Source of the DNA: Polyangia bacterium
GTDB lineage: Bacteria > Myxococcota_A > Polyangia > Fen-1088
Direction of reading: 5' to 3'
DNA: 64,000 nucleotides
NCBI GenBank assembly: GCA_035548155.1
Contig: DASZUD010000022.1
Span: forward strand, 23,399-87,398
The position numbers and the translations under genes were made by a program. Below, piece by piece: positions 8,653-22,416 of this stretch (within the stretch, counting starts at the first letter, position 1; each line of letters begins with the position of its first letter). The notes beneath the pieces were generated by a model. It was not told the origin of the DNA. It did not search any database and worked only from the letters and a program-made list of their open reading frames with translations.

Positions 8653-9771
8653 ATGTCTATAAACGGCCACATGACAAAGACCCGCTCCCTTGTTTCCGCC
8701 CTGTTAACGATGCTCGCCGTCAGCACGACGGCCACCCTGGCCCACGCCGCGCCGGGCATGACGGTCGGCTTCATCTACGTCGGACCGAAGACCGACTACG
8801 GCTACAACCAGGCCCACGCCCAGGGCGCCGCGGCCATCGCGAAGCTGCCCGGCATCAAGGTCCGCGAGGAGGAGATGGTCCCCGAGACGGTCGCCGTCCA
8901 GAAGACCATGGAGAGCATGATCAACCTCGACGGCGCGAAGATCCTCTTCCCGACGTCGTTCGGCTACTTCGATCCGCACATCCTCAAGGAGGCGGCCAAG
9001 AACAAGGACGTCACGTTCTTCCACTGTGGCGGCCTCTACCAGGAGGGCAAGCACCCCACGAACGTCGGCAGCTACTTCGGCTACATCGACGAAGCCGAGT
9101 ACATCTCGGGCATCGTCGCGGGCCTCACGTCGAAGAGCAACAAGCTGGGCTTCATCGCCGCAAAGCCGATCCCCCAGGTGCTCCGCAACATCAACTCGTT
9201 CACGCTGGGCGCGCGCTCCGTGAACCCGAAGGCCACGACGACCGTCATCTTCACGGGTGACTGGTCGATGCCCGTCAAGGAGGCCGAGGCCGCGACGAGC
9301 CTCATCGATCAGGGCGTGGACGTCCTGACGATGCACGTCGATTCGCCGAAGGTCATCGTCGAGACGGCCGAGCGCAAAGGCGTCTTCGTGACGGGCTACC
9401 ACGCGAATCAGGCGGCCCTGGCGCCCAAGGGTTACCTCACGGGCGCCGAGTGGAACTGGGCGAAGGTCTACACCGACTACATCACGATGGTTCAGGCGGG
9501 GAAGCCGTACCCGCACCTGCTGCGCGGCGGCCTCAAAGAGGGCTTCGTGAAGGTCTCGCCGTACGGCAAGGCCGTGTCGGCCGAGGCCAAGAAGAAGGCG
9601 GACGCCGCGAAGGCCAAGTTCATGGCCGGCACGATGGTGGTCTACAAGGGCCCGCTCAAGGACAACACGGGCAAGATCGTGATCCCCGCGGGCCAGGAGC
9701 AGAAGCAGACCGACATCAAGCTCGAGAGCATGGACTACCTCGTCGAGGGCGTCATCGGCAAGACGCACTGA
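8653..9771 (+). CDS. BMP-family (PnrA/Med-like) ABC transporter substrate-binding lipoprotein
   Basis: Begins MSINGHMTKTRSLVSALLTMLAVSTTATLA (signal peptide). The BMP fold is suggested by GFIYVGPKTDYGYNQAH, DVTFFHCGG and FTGDWS motifs. Confidence 0.8.
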   Translation: MSINGHMTKTRSLVSALLTMLAVSTTATLAHAAPGMTVGFIYVGPKTDYGYNQAHAQGAAAIAKLPGIKVREEEMVPETVAVQKTMESMINLDGAKILFPTSFGYFDPHILKEAAKNKDVTFFHCGGLYQEGKHPTNVGSYFGYIDEAEYISGIVAGLTSKSNKLGFIAAKPIPQVLRNINSFTLGARSVNPKATTTVIFTGDWSMPVKEAEAATSLIDQGVDVLTMHVDSPKVIVETAERKGVFVTGYHANQAALAPKGYLTGAEWNWAKVYTDYITMVQAGKPYPHLLRGGLKEGFVKVSPYGKAVSAEAKKKADAAKAKFMAGTMVVYKGPLKDNTGKIVIPAGQEQKQTDIKLESMDYLVEGVIGKTH

Positions 9772-9800
9772 TCCGCTGACATCCACCTGAGGAGGACAAC

Positions 9801-10979
9801 TTGAGCCTCGGCGCAAGCGTCGAATCGACACAGGGCCAGGCGGCCGCTTCGGTGGCCACGGTCTCGCCCGTCGCGCCCGCGACGGCGGTCAAGGTCGCAC
9901 CCATCGCCGAGGTTCACGCGCCGCTCGCGGGGCGCATCGTGGGCGCGCTCGCCGCGCCGACGATCGCCATCCTCGCGGCGCTGCTCCTCTTCGGAGTCTT
10001 CATCGCCTGCACCGGCCGAAACCCCGTGGGCGTCTATTACCAGATGTACCGCGGGTCGTTCGGGACCTGGTTCTCGTTCCAGAACACGCTGCTGCGCGCC
10101 GCGCCCCTGATGCTGACGGCGCTGGCGACGGCGCTGCCGCTGCGCCTCGGGCTGGTCGTGCTCGGCGGAGAAGGCGCGATGGTCATCGGCGGCCTCTCGG
10201 CCGCGGCCGCCGCGCTCGTGGCGCAGCACCACGGCCCCACGGGCATCAAGCTGGCGATGCTGGCGGCGGGCGCCATCGTGGGCGGCCTTTGGATGGCGTC
10301 GGCCGGCGCGCTGCGCGCCTACCGCGGCGTCAACGAGACGATCGGCACGCTGCTGCTCAATTACATCGCGATCGCGCTCCTCAACCACATCGTCGAGGGG
10401 CCGCTGCGCGACCCCGCCAGCCTCAACAAGCCCTCGACGCCGCCCATCGGCGACGACAACATGCTCGGCAACATCCCCGGCCTCGACTGCCATTGGGGCC
10501 TGGTCTTCGGGCTCATCGCGTGCGTGGCGACGTGGGTGCTCATGAACCGCACGACGTTCGGCTTCGCCGCCCGCATGGTGGGCGGCAACGTGCGCGCCGC
10601 CATGCTGAACGGCCTCCCCGTCGGGCGGCTGTTCGTGATCGTCACGGCGATCGGGGGCGCGTGCGCCGGCCTCGCGGGCGCCGTCGAGGTCGCGGCCATC
10701 CACGGCACGGCCAACGCCTCGCTGGTCACGGGCTACGGCTACACGGGCGTGCTCGTGGCGTTCATCGCGCGCGGCAACCCGCTGGCGGTCGTGCCGGTGG
10801 CGTTGCTTCTCGGGGGCATCGGCGCCAGCGGCGGGCTGCTCCAGCGCGTGTTCGAGCTGCCCGACGCCACGGTCAACGTGCTGCAGGGCATCCTCTTCAT
10901 CTGCATCCTCTTCTCCGAGACGTTCAACGGGCGGCAGCCGGGGTTCCTGCGCCGCGCCCGCACGACGGGAGCGACCTGA
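9801..10979 (+). CDS. ABC transporter permease (BMP/nucleoside-type, YufP/RnsC-like)
   Basis: 392-aa polytopic membrane protein. An AGGAGG ribosome-binding site sits 5 nt upstream of the TTG start, and the stop overlaps the next ATG as ATGA. Confidence 0.75.
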   Translation: MSLGASVESTQGQAAASVATVSPVAPATAVKVAPIAEVHAPLAGRIVGALAAPTIAILAALLLFGVFIACTGRNPVGVYYQMYRGSFGTWFSFQNTLLRAAPLMLTALATALPLRLGLVVLGGEGAMVIGGLSAAAAALVAQHHGPTGIKLAMLAAGAIVGGLWMASAGALRAYRGVNETIGTLLLNYIAIALLNHIVEGPLRDPASLNKPSTPPIGDDNMLGNIPGLDCHWGLVFGLIACVATWVLMNRTTFGFAARMVGGNVRAAMLNGLPVGRLFVIVTAIGGACAGLAGAVEVAAIHGTANASLVTGYGYTGVLVAFIARGNPLAVVPVALLLGGIGASGGLLQRVFELPDATVNVLQGILFICILFSETFNGRQPGFLRRARTTGAT

Positions 10980-11899
10980 TGGCCGACGGGGGCGTCTCCA
11001 GCGTCGCGCTCGCCGTGCTCGGCGGCGCCATCCGCATCAGCACGCCGTTCCTCTTCGTGAGCCTCGGCGAGTGCCTCACCGAGAAGAGCGGCCGCGTGAA
11101 CCTCGGCCTCGAGGGCACGCTGGTCATGGGCGCGATGGGGGCGTACGGCGTCTCGTACCTCTCCGGCTCGCCGTGGCTCGGCGTGCTGGCGGCCGGCGCG
11201 CTGGGCGTCGTGCTGGGCGCGCTGCACGCGTGGCTCTGCAGCCGGCCGCGCGTCAACGACGTCGCCGTCGGCATCGCGCTCATGCTCTTCGGAGTGGGGC
11301 TGGCCTTCTTCCTGGGCAAGCCGCTCATCGGGCCCACGGCGCCGCACCTGCCCGCGATCCCGCTCGGCTTCTGGAGCTCTTCGCCGCAGGTGCGGTCGGC
11401 GCTGCAGCTCAACGTGCTGTTCGTCGTGGGCCTGGCCCTGGCGGGCGTGGTGTTGTTCGTCCTCAACCGCACGCGCTGGGGGCTCATTCTCCGCACCGTC
11501 GGCGAGAGCGCCGATTCGGCGCGCGCCATGGGCTACGACGTCAACAGCGTGCGGCTGCGCGCCACGATGGCGGGCGGCTTTCTCGCGGGCGTGGGCGGCT
11601 CGTTCCTCTCGCTCTTCTACCCCGGCAGCTGGAACGAGGGCCTCTCCAGCGGTCAGGGGCTCATGGCCGTCGCGCTGGTGATCTTCGCGCGCTGGGATCC
11701 CATCCGCTGCCTCTGGGCCTCGCTGCTGTTCGGGGGCGCGAGCGCGCTGGGACCCGCGCTGCAGTCGGTGGGGATCACCTCCGGCTACTACCTCTTCAAC
11801 GCCGCGCCCTACGCGCTGACGCTCGCGATCATCATCGCGACCAGCTCGCGCGATCGGGCGCTCATTGGACAACCCGCAGAGCTGCGGACTGCCAGATGA
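10979..11899 (+). CDS. ABC transporter permease (BMP/nucleoside-type, YufQ/RnsD-like)
   Basis: Begins MADGGVSSVALAVLGGAIRISTPFLFVSLGECLTEKSG and is a polytopic membrane protein. Its start is translationally coupled to the preceding permease. Confidence 0.8.
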   Translation: MADGGVSSVALAVLGGAIRISTPFLFVSLGECLTEKSGRVNLGLEGTLVMGAMGAYGVSYLSGSPWLGVLAAGALGVVLGALHAWLCSRPRVNDVAVGIALMLFGVGLAFFLGKPLIGPTAPHLPAIPLGFWSSSPQVRSALQLNVLFVVGLALAGVVLFVLNRTRWGLILRTVGESADSARAMGYDVNSVRLRATMAGGFLAGVGGSFLSLFYPGSWNEGLSSGQGLMAVALVIFARWDPIRCLWASLLFGGASALGPALQSVGITSGYYLFNAAPYALTLAIIIATSSRDRALIGQPAELRTAR

Positions 11900-11918
11900 C
11901 CAGGAGGTGATGCCCCCC

Positions 11919-12625
11919 ATGACGAAGAAGAGCCCCGATCTCCGCTACGTGGCCGCCGAGCCCTACCCCTGGCCGTGGAACGGCGAGCTGCGCCCCAACA
12001 ACACGGCGCTCATCGTCATCGACATGCAGACCGACTTCTGCGGCGAAGGCGGCTACATCGCGCAGCTCGGCTACGACATCTCGCTCACGCGCGAGGCCAT
12101 CGGTCCCATCAAGAGGCTGCTCGAGCACGTGCGCGGCAAGGGCTACCGCATCATCCACACGCGCGAGGGGCACCGCCCCGATCTGTCCGACCTGCCGGCC
12201 AACAAGCGCTGGCGCTCGCGCCAGACCTACGGCAACAAGGACATGGGCATCGGCGACATGGGCCCGAAGGGCCGCATCCTCGTGCGAGGCGAGCCGGGCT
12301 GGGACATCATCCCGGAGCTCGCGCCGGCGCCGGGCGAGATCGTCATCGACAAGCCGGGCAAGGGATCGTTCTGCGCGACGGACCTCGAGCTCATCTTGCG
12401 CCAGCAAGGGATCGCGAACCTCGTCCTGACCGGGATCACCACGGACGTGTGCGTTCACACGACGATGCGCGAGGCGAACGACCGCGGCTTCGAGTGCCTG
12501 ATGCTCGAGGACTGCTGCCGCGCCACGGACCCGGGCAACCACGCGGCCGCCGTGAAGATGATCAAGATGCAGAACGGCGTCTTCGGCGCGGTCTCGCGCT
12601 CGAAGGCGTTCATCGAGGCGATCCT

Positions 12626-12629
<4 letters not shown>
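11919..12629 (+). CDS. Isochorismatase-like cysteine hydrolase (biuret/triuret/guanylurea-hydrolase-like amidohydrolase)
   Basis: Has IVIDMQTDF (Asp35), IVIDKPGKG (Lys145) and TGITTDVCVHTT (Cys178). An AGGAGG ribosome-binding site lies upstream. Other in-frame starts are possible at 11910 and 11865. Confidence 0.8.
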
Positions 12630-14158
<1,529 letters not shown>

Positions 14159-14235
14159 GACCGAAACATCATTGACAATTCCCTGCCCCGCTTGGCCGCG
14201 GACGCGATCCGTGCGATTGCTGCCGCAGGTGTTCG

Positions 14236-14586
14236 ATGAATGAACCTCGCCTCGTCTATCCCGACCTCCTCGCCCGCGCGAAATCGCCTGATTTTCAATG
14301 GACCCCCATGCGGCCAGGCATCGAGATCCACCGCATCTACGAGGATCCTTCGGGGCCCAGCGCGGCGTTGCTTCGTTACGCGCCCGGTGCGACGCTGCCC
14401 CGGCACTCGCACCCCGGCTATGAGCACATCACCGTCCTCGAGGGCTCGCAGGTCGACGAGCGCGGCACCTACGCCGCGCCTTGCTTCATCGTCAACCCTC
14501 CCGGCACCAGCCACGGCGTCACCAGCCCCGACGGGTGCCTGGTCCTCGTCGTCTGGCATCGCCCGGTCGAATTTGAGCAGCGCTGA
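14236..14586 (+). CDS. Cupin-domain protein (ChrR-like cupin)
   Basis: 116 aa with the motif HSHPGYEHITVLEGS and a possible metal-ligand stretch PPGTSHGV. Confidence 0.55.
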   Translation: MNEPRLVYPDLLARAKSPDFQWTPMRPGIEIHRIYEDPSGPSAALLRYAPGATLPRHSHPGYEHITVLEGSQVDERGTYAAPCFIVNPPGTSHGVTSPDGCLVLVVWHRPVEFEQR

Positions 14587-14590
14587 GGCC

Positions 14591-15451
14591 GTGGCCGGCG
14601 ACACGCACGCCGGCTGGCGCGCGCGCCTCGAGCTGGGGTTCGTGCGCGAGGGCGAATCGACGCGGCTCGGCCACCGGGCGCACGTCGGCCCGCTGGCCGT
14701 GCAGCGGCCCTTCTTCCCCGAAGGCCCGGGCGTCTGCCACGTCTACCTCCTGCACCCGCCCGGCGGCATCGTGGGCGGCGATCGTCTGCAGATCGACGTG
14801 CGTGTGGCCGAAGGCGCGCACGCGCTCGTGACGACGCCGGCCGCGACGAAGGTGTACCGCACGGCGGGACCCGGCGCGTCGCAAGAGTGTACGCTCGCCG
14901 TCGCGCCCGGCGCGACGCTGGAGTGGCTGCCGCAGGAGGCGATCGTCTACGACGGCGCGGACGTCTCGCTCACGACGCGCGTCCGCCTCGGCGCTGGCGC
15001 GCGGTTCCTCGGCGTCGACGTCCTGTGCTTCGGGCTGCCCGCGCGCCGCGACGGCCGCTTTCTGCGCGGGCGCTGCAAGCAGTCGGTCGAGCTGTGGCAC
15101 GGCCCGCGTCCCGTCGCGCTCGAGCGCGGCCGCTTCGACGGAGACGGCGCGGTCCACGCCGCCGGCTGGGGCCTCGCGGGCGCGCCCGTGCTCGGCACCT
15201 TCTTCGCCTCGCCCGCCCCCGCGGCGTGCGACGACCTCCTCGACGCCGCCCGCGCCCGCGCCGCCGCGCTGCCGGCCGGCGATCTCGGCGCGGCCACCGT
15301 GCTGGGCCGCGGCGACGCGAGCGCGCTCGTGTGCCGCTACGTCGGGGCCTCCGCCGAGCGCGCCAGCACCTTCTTGCGCGCCGTCTGGGCCGACGCGCGC
15401 GCGGCCCTCCTCGGCCGCGCCCCTGCTTTCCCCCGCATCTGGGCCACCTGA
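14591..15451 (+). CDS. ureD: Urease accessory protein UreD
   Basis: UreD-like sequence ([10 protein letters not shown]...[15 protein letters not shown]) in the correct position before ureA. The GTG start follows the cupin stop by 5 bp. Confidence 0.7.
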   Translation: MAGDTHAGWRARLELGFVREGESTRLGHRAHVGPLAVQRPFFPEGPGVCHVYLLHPPGGIVGGDRLQIDVRVAEGAHALVTTPAATKVYRTAGPGASQECTLAVAPGATLEWLPQEAIVYDGADVSLTTRVRLGAGARFLGVDVLCFGLPARRDGRFLRGRCKQSVELWHGPRPVALERGRFDGDGAVHAAGWGLAGAPVLGTFFASPAPAACDDLLDAARARAAALPAGDLGAATVLGRGDASALVCRYVGASAERASTFLRAVWADARAALLGRAPAFPRIWAT

Positions 15452-15488
15452 CCCTAAGAGAACAGAGAGAACAGATGGAGCCGTCGCG

Positions 15489-16132
15489 ATGGAGCTGACC
15501 CCACGAGAGAAGGACAAGCTGCTGCTGTTCACCGCGGCGCTGGTCGCCGAGCGCCGCCGCGCGCGCGGCGGGAAGCTGAACTACCCCGAGGCCGTCGCGC
15601 TGATCTCGGCCGAGATCCTCGAGGGGGCGCGCGACGGCAAGACCGTGGCCGAGCTGATGTCGCTGGGCACGAAGGTGCTGCGCGCCGACGAGGTCATGGA
15701 CGGCGTCGCCGAGCTCATCACCGAGGTGCAGGTCGAGGCCACCTTCCCCGACGGCACGAAGCTGGTGACGGTGCACAACCCGATTCCCCCCACACCGGGC
15801 GAGGTGCCGATCGGGGGCGTCGTGCCGGCCCCCGGCGCCATCACGATCAACGCCCACCGCCCCACCGTCACGCTCGAGGTCTCGAACACGGGCGACCGCC
15901 CCATCCAGGTCGGCTCGCACTACCACTTCGCCGAGACGAACCCGGCGCTGAAGTTCGATCGCGCGAGCGCGCGCGGCTTCCGCCTCGACATCCCGGCCGG
16001 CACGGCCGTTCGCTTCGAGCCGGGCGCGACGCGCACGGTGACGCTGGTCGCCTACGCCGGCGATCGCATCGTGCAGGGCTTCCGCGGCGAGGTGATGGGC
16101 GCCCTCGACGGCGACGAGCCGAGGGGGAATTC

Positions 16133-16136
<4 letters not shown>
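15489..16136 (+). CDS. ureAB: Urease gamma-beta fusion subunit (UreA fused to UreB)
   Basis: Starts [23 protein letters not shown] (UreA) and continues with no stop into the UreB-like stretch [24 protein letters not shown]. Total length is 215 aa. Confidence 0.85.
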
Positions 16137-17839
<1,703 letters not shown>

Positions 17840-17850
17840 CGGGAGAGACG

Positions 17851-18354
17851 ATGTTGCACCTGACCGAGCTCCTTACCGCGGGCACGCCCACGGGAACCGC
17901 GACGCTGACGCTGGACGAGCGGCGCCGCAGCCGGCTGCGCCTCACGCTGGACGACGGCCGCGAGGCGGCGCTGCTGCTGCCGCGCGGCTCGGCGCTGCGC
18001 GAAGGCGATCTGCTGCGCGCCGACGAGGGCGACGTCATCGTCGTGCGCGCGGCCTCCGAGTCGCTGTCCATGGCCAGCACGACCGACGCGCACACGCTCT
18101 TGCGCGGCGCGTACCACCTCGGCAATCGCCACGTCCCCGTGCAGATCGGCGACGGCTGGCTCGCGTACGAGCACGATCACGTGCTGGACGACATGGTGCG
18201 CGGGCTCGGGCTCACCGTCGAGGCGCGGCGCGCGCCCTTCGAGCCGGAAGGCGGGGCGTTCCGGCACGAGGGCAACGGCCATGCGCACTCGCGCGGCGAA
18301 GCGGACCACGACCACCACCATCACCATCACGGGGGCAGTCATCGCCACTCCTGA
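17851..18354 (+). CDS. ureE: Urease accessory protein UreE with a His-rich tail
   Basis: Begins MLHLTELL and ends in the His-rich C-terminus HDHHHHHHGGSHRHS. Confidence 0.8.
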   Translation: MLHLTELLTAGTPTGTATLTLDERRRSRLRLTLDDGREAALLLPRGSALREGDLLRADEGDVIVVRAASESLSMASTTDAHTLLRGAYHLGNRHVPVQIGDGWLAYEHDHVLDDMVRGLGLTVEARRAPFEPEGGAFRHEGNGHAHSRGEADHDHHHHHHGGSHRHS

Positions 18355-19039
18355 GCTACTGACGGCGGGCCCGCTGCTGCGCCTCCTGCACCTGTGCAGC
18401 CCCGCCCTGCCCATCGGCGCGTTCGCGTACTCCCAGGGCCTCGAGCCCGCGACGAGCGCCGGCTGGGTGCGCGACGAGGAGACGGCGCGCGCGTGGATCG
18501 TCGGCATCCTCGAATCGCAGCTCGCGACGCTGGACCTGGCCGTGCTGGCGCGCCTCTATGCGGCGTGGGGCGACGACGACGGGATCGAAGCGCCCACCGT
18601 CGCCGAGTGGAGCGCCTTCCTGCTCGCGTCGCGCCCCTCCGCCGAGCTGCAAGCCGAGGAGCGTCACCTGGGCGGCGCGCTGGCGCGCCTCGTCGCGGGG
18701 CTCGGGATCCCCGAAGCCTCCTCGTGGACGATGCGCGACGAGACGACGTACGCCGCCGTCTTCGCGCTCGCGGCGCGACGATGGGACGTCCCGCTGCGCG
18801 CGGCCGCCCAGGGGTTCGCGTTCGCGTGGGCCGAGGCGCAGGTCAGCGCCGCCGTGCGCGTCATCCCGCTGGGACAAAGCGCGGGCCAGCGCATACTGGC
18901 GGCGGCGGCGGCCGTCATCCCGGCCGCCGTCGAGCGCGCCCTCTCGCTGCCCGCCGACGAGCTCGGCGCCAGCTCCCCTCGCCTCGCCGTCGCGAGCGCC
19001 GCGCACGAGCACCAGTACTCGCGACTCTTCCGCTCCTGA
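18281..19039 (+). CDS. ureF: Urease accessory protein UreF (start uncertain)
   Basis: Contains LLRLLHLCSPALPIGAFAYSQGLE. The only in-frame ATG, at 18281, overlaps ureE by 74 nt, so the real start may be a non-canonical codon further downstream. Confidence 0.65.
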   Translation: MRTRAAKRTTTTTITITGAVIATPELLTAGPLLRLLHLCSPALPIGAFAYSQGLEPATSAGWVRDEETARAWIVGILESQLATLDLAVLARLYAAWGDDDGIEAPTVAEWSAFLLASRPSAELQAEERHLGGALARLVAGLGIPEASSWTMRDETTYAAVFALAARRWDVPLRAAAQGFAFAWAEAQVSAAVRVIPLGQSAGQRILAAAAAVIPAAVERALSLPADELGASSPRLAVASAAHEHQYSRLFRS

Positions 19040-19066
19040 TCGCCACCCCACGAGGAGACCTCGAAC

Positions 19067-19702
19067 ATGGACATCGCCAAGTCACACCGCACCGCGCGCG
19101 CCCCGCTCCGCCTCGGCGTCGCGGGCCCCGTCGGCTCGGGCAAGACGGCCCTCGTCGACGCGCTCTGCAAGCGCCTGCGCGACCAGTTCAACATCGCCGT
19201 CGTGACGAACGACATCTACACGAAGGAGGACGCGCAGTTCCTCATGCGCTCCGGCGCCCTGTCCGTCGACCGCATCGTGGGCGTCGAGACCGGCGGCTGC
19301 CCCCACACCGCCATCCGCGAGGACGCCTCGATCAACCTCGCGGCCGTCGACGAGATGAACGCGCGCCACCCGGGCCTCGACATGGTCATCATCGAGAGCG
19401 GCGGCGACAACCTGGCCGCCACGTTCAGCCCGGAGCTGGCCGATCTGTGCATTTACGTGATCGACGTCGCGGGCGGCGACAAGATCCCGCGCAAAGGCGG
19501 CCCGGGCATCACGAAGTCCGATCTCCTGGTCATCAACAAGACCGATCTCGCGCCGCACGTGGGCGCGTCGCTCGAGGTCATGGATCGCGACGCCCGCAAG
19601 CAGCGCGGGGAGCGGCCGTTCGTGTTCACCAGCCTCAAGGCCAAGGAAGGCGTCGAGCCCGTGGCCCAGTTCGTGATCCGCGCGGGCCTGCTGGGCGCGT
19701 AG
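19067..19702 (+). CDS. ureG: Urease accessory GTPase UreG
   Basis: Has the P-loop GPVGSGKT plus ETGGCPH and the UreG G4 motif NKTD. Confidence 0.9.
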   Translation: MDIAKSHRTARAPLRLGVAGPVGSGKTALVDALCKRLRDQFNIAVVTNDIYTKEDAQFLMRSGALSVDRIVGVETGGCPHTAIREDASINLAAVDEMNARHPGLDMVIIESGGDNLAATFSPELADLCIYVIDVAGGDKIPRKGGPGITKSDLLVINKTDLAPHVGASLEVMDRDARKQRGERPFVFTSLKAKEGVEPVAQFVIRAGLLGA

Positions 19703-19711
19703 CGGCGCGGC

Positions 19712-20431
19712 TCAGGAATGGTGCCGGCCGCGCGCGGGGTAACCCACCGACTGCGCGAACAGCACCCGCTGAGTGGGGCGCAGCCCCATGGCCCGAGACA
19801 GCGCGTTGCGGTCGCAGTTGTGGAACCAGCACGCGAGCCCCTGCGCCGCCGCGAAGAGGTACACGTTGGCGGCGATGAGGCCCGTGTCGACGAAGTAGTA
19901 CGACTTCTGCACCTCCGGATCGTGCAAGCCCGGTTCTTCGTACCCCGCCGTGTGCTCCAGCTTCTCCAGATCCGCCACGAAGATCAGCTGAACGGGCGCG
20001 ATGGCCGACGCCTCGGGTTGGCGCGGCCCCAGCGTGAAGGCCCGCACGTCGTCGGGCGAGATCGGCAGCAGCTCGTGCGCCACGGGGTTGAACAGGTACG
20101 CGCCGCCGGCGAGCGCGACGTACATCTCGATCTCTTGCGAGTTGCTGGCCGACGCCGCCGTGAGCCCGAAGGCGCCGAACGGGCCGTGTCGCCGGTTCAC
20201 GCCGCACGCGGCGAACAGGAGGTCGGAGAGGACCTGCGGCTCGAGCGCGCGCTCGCTGATCTCGCGCACCGTTCGTCGCGCCTTGAGCGCCTGTTCGAGC
20301 GACGTCTCCGAATCCAGCTTCGGCTTGGGAAGCTTCAGGATCGCCGCCTCGTTCGCGGCACGCGCTTCGGTCATCTTCTTCGTGTCCCGAGTCACCTTCC
20401 TCGCCGGCGTGTGGTGCTTCTCGTGGAGCAT
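19712..20431 (-). CDS. Nitroreductase-family (SagB-type) oxidoreductase
   Basis: The stretch LKARRTVREISERALEPQVLSDLLFAACGV has the nitroreductase fold signature. It converges on the ureG stop. Confidence 0.55.
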   Translation of the reverse strand: MLHEKHHTPARKVTRDTKKMTEARAANEAAILKLPKPKLDSETSLEQALKARRTVREISERALEPQVLSDLLFAACGVNRRHGPFGAFGLTAASASNSQEIEMYVALAGGAYLFNPVAHELLPISPDDVRAFTLGPRQPEASAIAPVQLIFVADLEKLEHTAGYEEPGLHDPEVQKSYYFVDTGLIAANVYLFAAAQGLACWFHNCDRNALSRAMGLRPTQRVLFAQSVGYPARGRHHS

Positions 20432-20650
20432 GCGTCACCTCATGCGCTCACGGAGAGCATCACGCGTGCCGCAGGCGGCGCCCTTCTTCGGGGCGGCGCA
20501 AACGCGCAAGACCTGCGGTGACCGCGATCCCGCCCGCAGCGCCTGCACGAACCACGGGCATCGGCGCGCGGCCCGCCGGGACGTACGGCATGGCATGAGC
20601 CTCGCACCGCCTCGCTTCGGATCGCGCACACCGAGCGAGAGGAGCGTGGG

Positions 20651-21344
20651 TATGCCTCATGCGCGCACGAAGCCAGCGAAACGACCTTCCGTCGACGGAC
20701 GCGCGACGTACGAGCTCCGCGAGATCCTGGGCCAGATGGGCTCCGAGGTGCGGTCGACCTTGAGACGCGCCGTGGAGGCCGCCTGCCTGCACGACGCTCG
20801 TCGCGCGCGCGCCGCGCTCGCGCGCTCCTCCGCCGCCGAGCGGCTCGCAGACGAGGCGGATCGGCTCTGCCTCGAACTGTTGTCGCTCTCACGCGGCCGG
20901 CCCGCGCCCGCCGAGCTGAAGGCCATAGGGACCGCGCTGAAGCTCGTCACGGCGCTGGCGCGCATCGAAGGCCTCTGCGCCAGCCTGTGCCAGACGGTCC
21001 TCGAGAGCGACGAGCGGCCCGGCCCGGAGCAGCAGGCGCTGCTGGGCGACATGGGCGCGCGGTCGAGCGCGATGGTCGACGCCGCCGTGACCGCCTACCT
21101 CACGCACGACCCGCGCCTCGCGGCGCTCGTGCTCGAGAACCACGCCATCCTGAAGGACGACGGCGAGGCCTCGTTCGAAGGGCTGGTCGAGCGCCTGGTT
21201 CGTCGCGAGCTGACCACCGACGCCGCCGCGCGGCTGCACGCCGTCACCGAGCTCGTGTCCCGCATCGGAGACCACGCGACCAGCCTGGCCGAGCTCGCGA
21301 TGGGGGGTGGCGGGCGCGATGAAACGCGGCGGCTCGCCTCGTGA
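20651..21344 (+). CDS. PhoU-domain protein
   Basis: Two helical PhoU-like repeats. A GAGAGGAG ribosome-binding site precedes the ATG at 20651. Confidence 0.5.
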
Positions 21345-21374
21345 CCGGATCCATATTTGACGTGGAGGAACATC

Positions 21375-21578
21375 ATGTTGCTCGACCTCACCGAGAAAGA
21401 ACGAGGAGCCCTCGAGATCGCGCTGGACGCGCACCTCGTGTCGCTTCGCAACGAGCTCGTGCACACCGACGACCGCGCGTACCGGCAGATGGTCCGCGAC
21501 CGTCTCGACACGCTCGAGCGCGTCGCGCAGAGAGTGACGGTCAACGCGCCCAAGACGGCCGAGGCGCGCCCTGCCTGA
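21375..21578 (+). CDS. Small hypothetical protein (67 aa)
   Basis: Has a GGAGG ribosome-binding site 6 nt before the ATG. Predicted helical: MLLDLTEKERGALEIALDAHLVSL. Confidence 0.35.
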   Translation: MLLDLTEKERGALEIALDAHLVSLRNELVHTDDRAYRQMVRDRLDTLERVAQRVTVNAPKTAEARPA

Positions 21579-21609
21579 CCGCGTCTTCCGGAGCTTCAGG
21601 AGAGCTCCC

Positions 21610-22254
21610 ATGCAGGTCGATCGCGATTCCTTGATCGCCGACGTGATGTGGCGCGGCGCCGTGGGTGAGGCGCCCAGGGCCGAGGCGGCCGTGTTGGCCG
21701 TGCTGGACGCGCTCGCGGGGCTGCTGCCTCCGCCCGACGCCGAGCTGCTCGCGGCCAGCTTGCCGCCTGATCTGGCAGGGGCTCTCGCGCCCGCCGAGCA
21801 CGAGCCGCCGAGCGATCCCGGCGCGCTCTTCGACCGCGTCGCCGCCGCCGAGCACGTGTCCGCCGGCCTGGCCGTCGAGCACGCGCGCGCGGCGTGCGAG
21901 GCGCTCGCGGCCGCCTTCGACCCCGAGCAGCGCATCCTGCTGGCGCGCAGGCTCCCGCACGCGTGGGCCGAGCTGTTCGCGCCGCCGCCGCGCGCGCCCG
22001 CCGCCGAGCTGAGCCTCGGCACACCGCCTGGCCACGGGCACACGCTCGCGACGGGGAGGCCCGGCAGCGACCGGCCCCTCGCCGGCGATCGCCCGGCGGA
22101 CGCGCAAGCTCACTCCGTCGCCGAGGAGAACCCGCACGCCGACACCAAGCTCTCGAGCGCGCCCGGCCCCGTCGTCGAGCGCCCGCTCGCGACCGCGCGC
22201 AACGGCTCCGAAGAGCCGCTCGCCGAGGCGCGTGACGAGCGCCAGGGCCGTTGA
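21610..22254 (+). CDS. DUF2267-like protein
   Basis: Two tandem helical repeats with the typical ...AVLDALAGLLPPPDAELLAASLPPDL / ...ACEALAAAFDPEQRILLARRLPHAW pattern. Confidence 0.45.
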   Translation: MQVDRDSLIADVMWRGAVGEAPRAEAAVLAVLDALAGLLPPPDAELLAASLPPDLAGALAPAEHEPPSDPGALFDRVAAAEHVSAGLAVEHARAACEALAAAFDPEQRILLARRLPHAWAELFAPPPRAPAAELSLGTPPGHGHTLATGRPGSDRPLAGDRPADAQAHSVAEENPHADTKLSSAPGPVVERPLATARNGSEEPLAEARDERQGR

Positions 22255-22416
22255 TTCGCCGTCGTAGGGCCGCCCCGTAGTCTTTCGGTGCTCGGCAGCG
22301 CACGCCGTGCACCGTCGCGCGCGCCGGGCGCGAAAAAGCTGCACACCATCGCGTGACGCCCGTCGTGGCGTGCGCGAAGGCCGCCGGGGCACGTCTTTTG
22401 CGACGGCCGCAGCGGC

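Noticed and set aside
8619-9260. 213-aa alternate-frame ORF inside the BMP binding-protein gene.
   Set aside because: Overlaps a gene with strong family motifs. Composition is RG-rich artefact.
14159-14235. TTGACA hexamer at about 14173 upstream of the cupin, as a possible internal sigma-70 promoter.
   Set aside because: No convincing -10 element at 16-18 bp spacing. A single hexamer match is insufficient.
19712-20431. SagB-type nitroreductase as a marker of a RiPP (TOMM) biosynthetic cluster.
   Set aside because: There is no cyclodehydratase (YcaO/E1-like) or precursor peptide nearby. Stand-alone nitroreductases are common.
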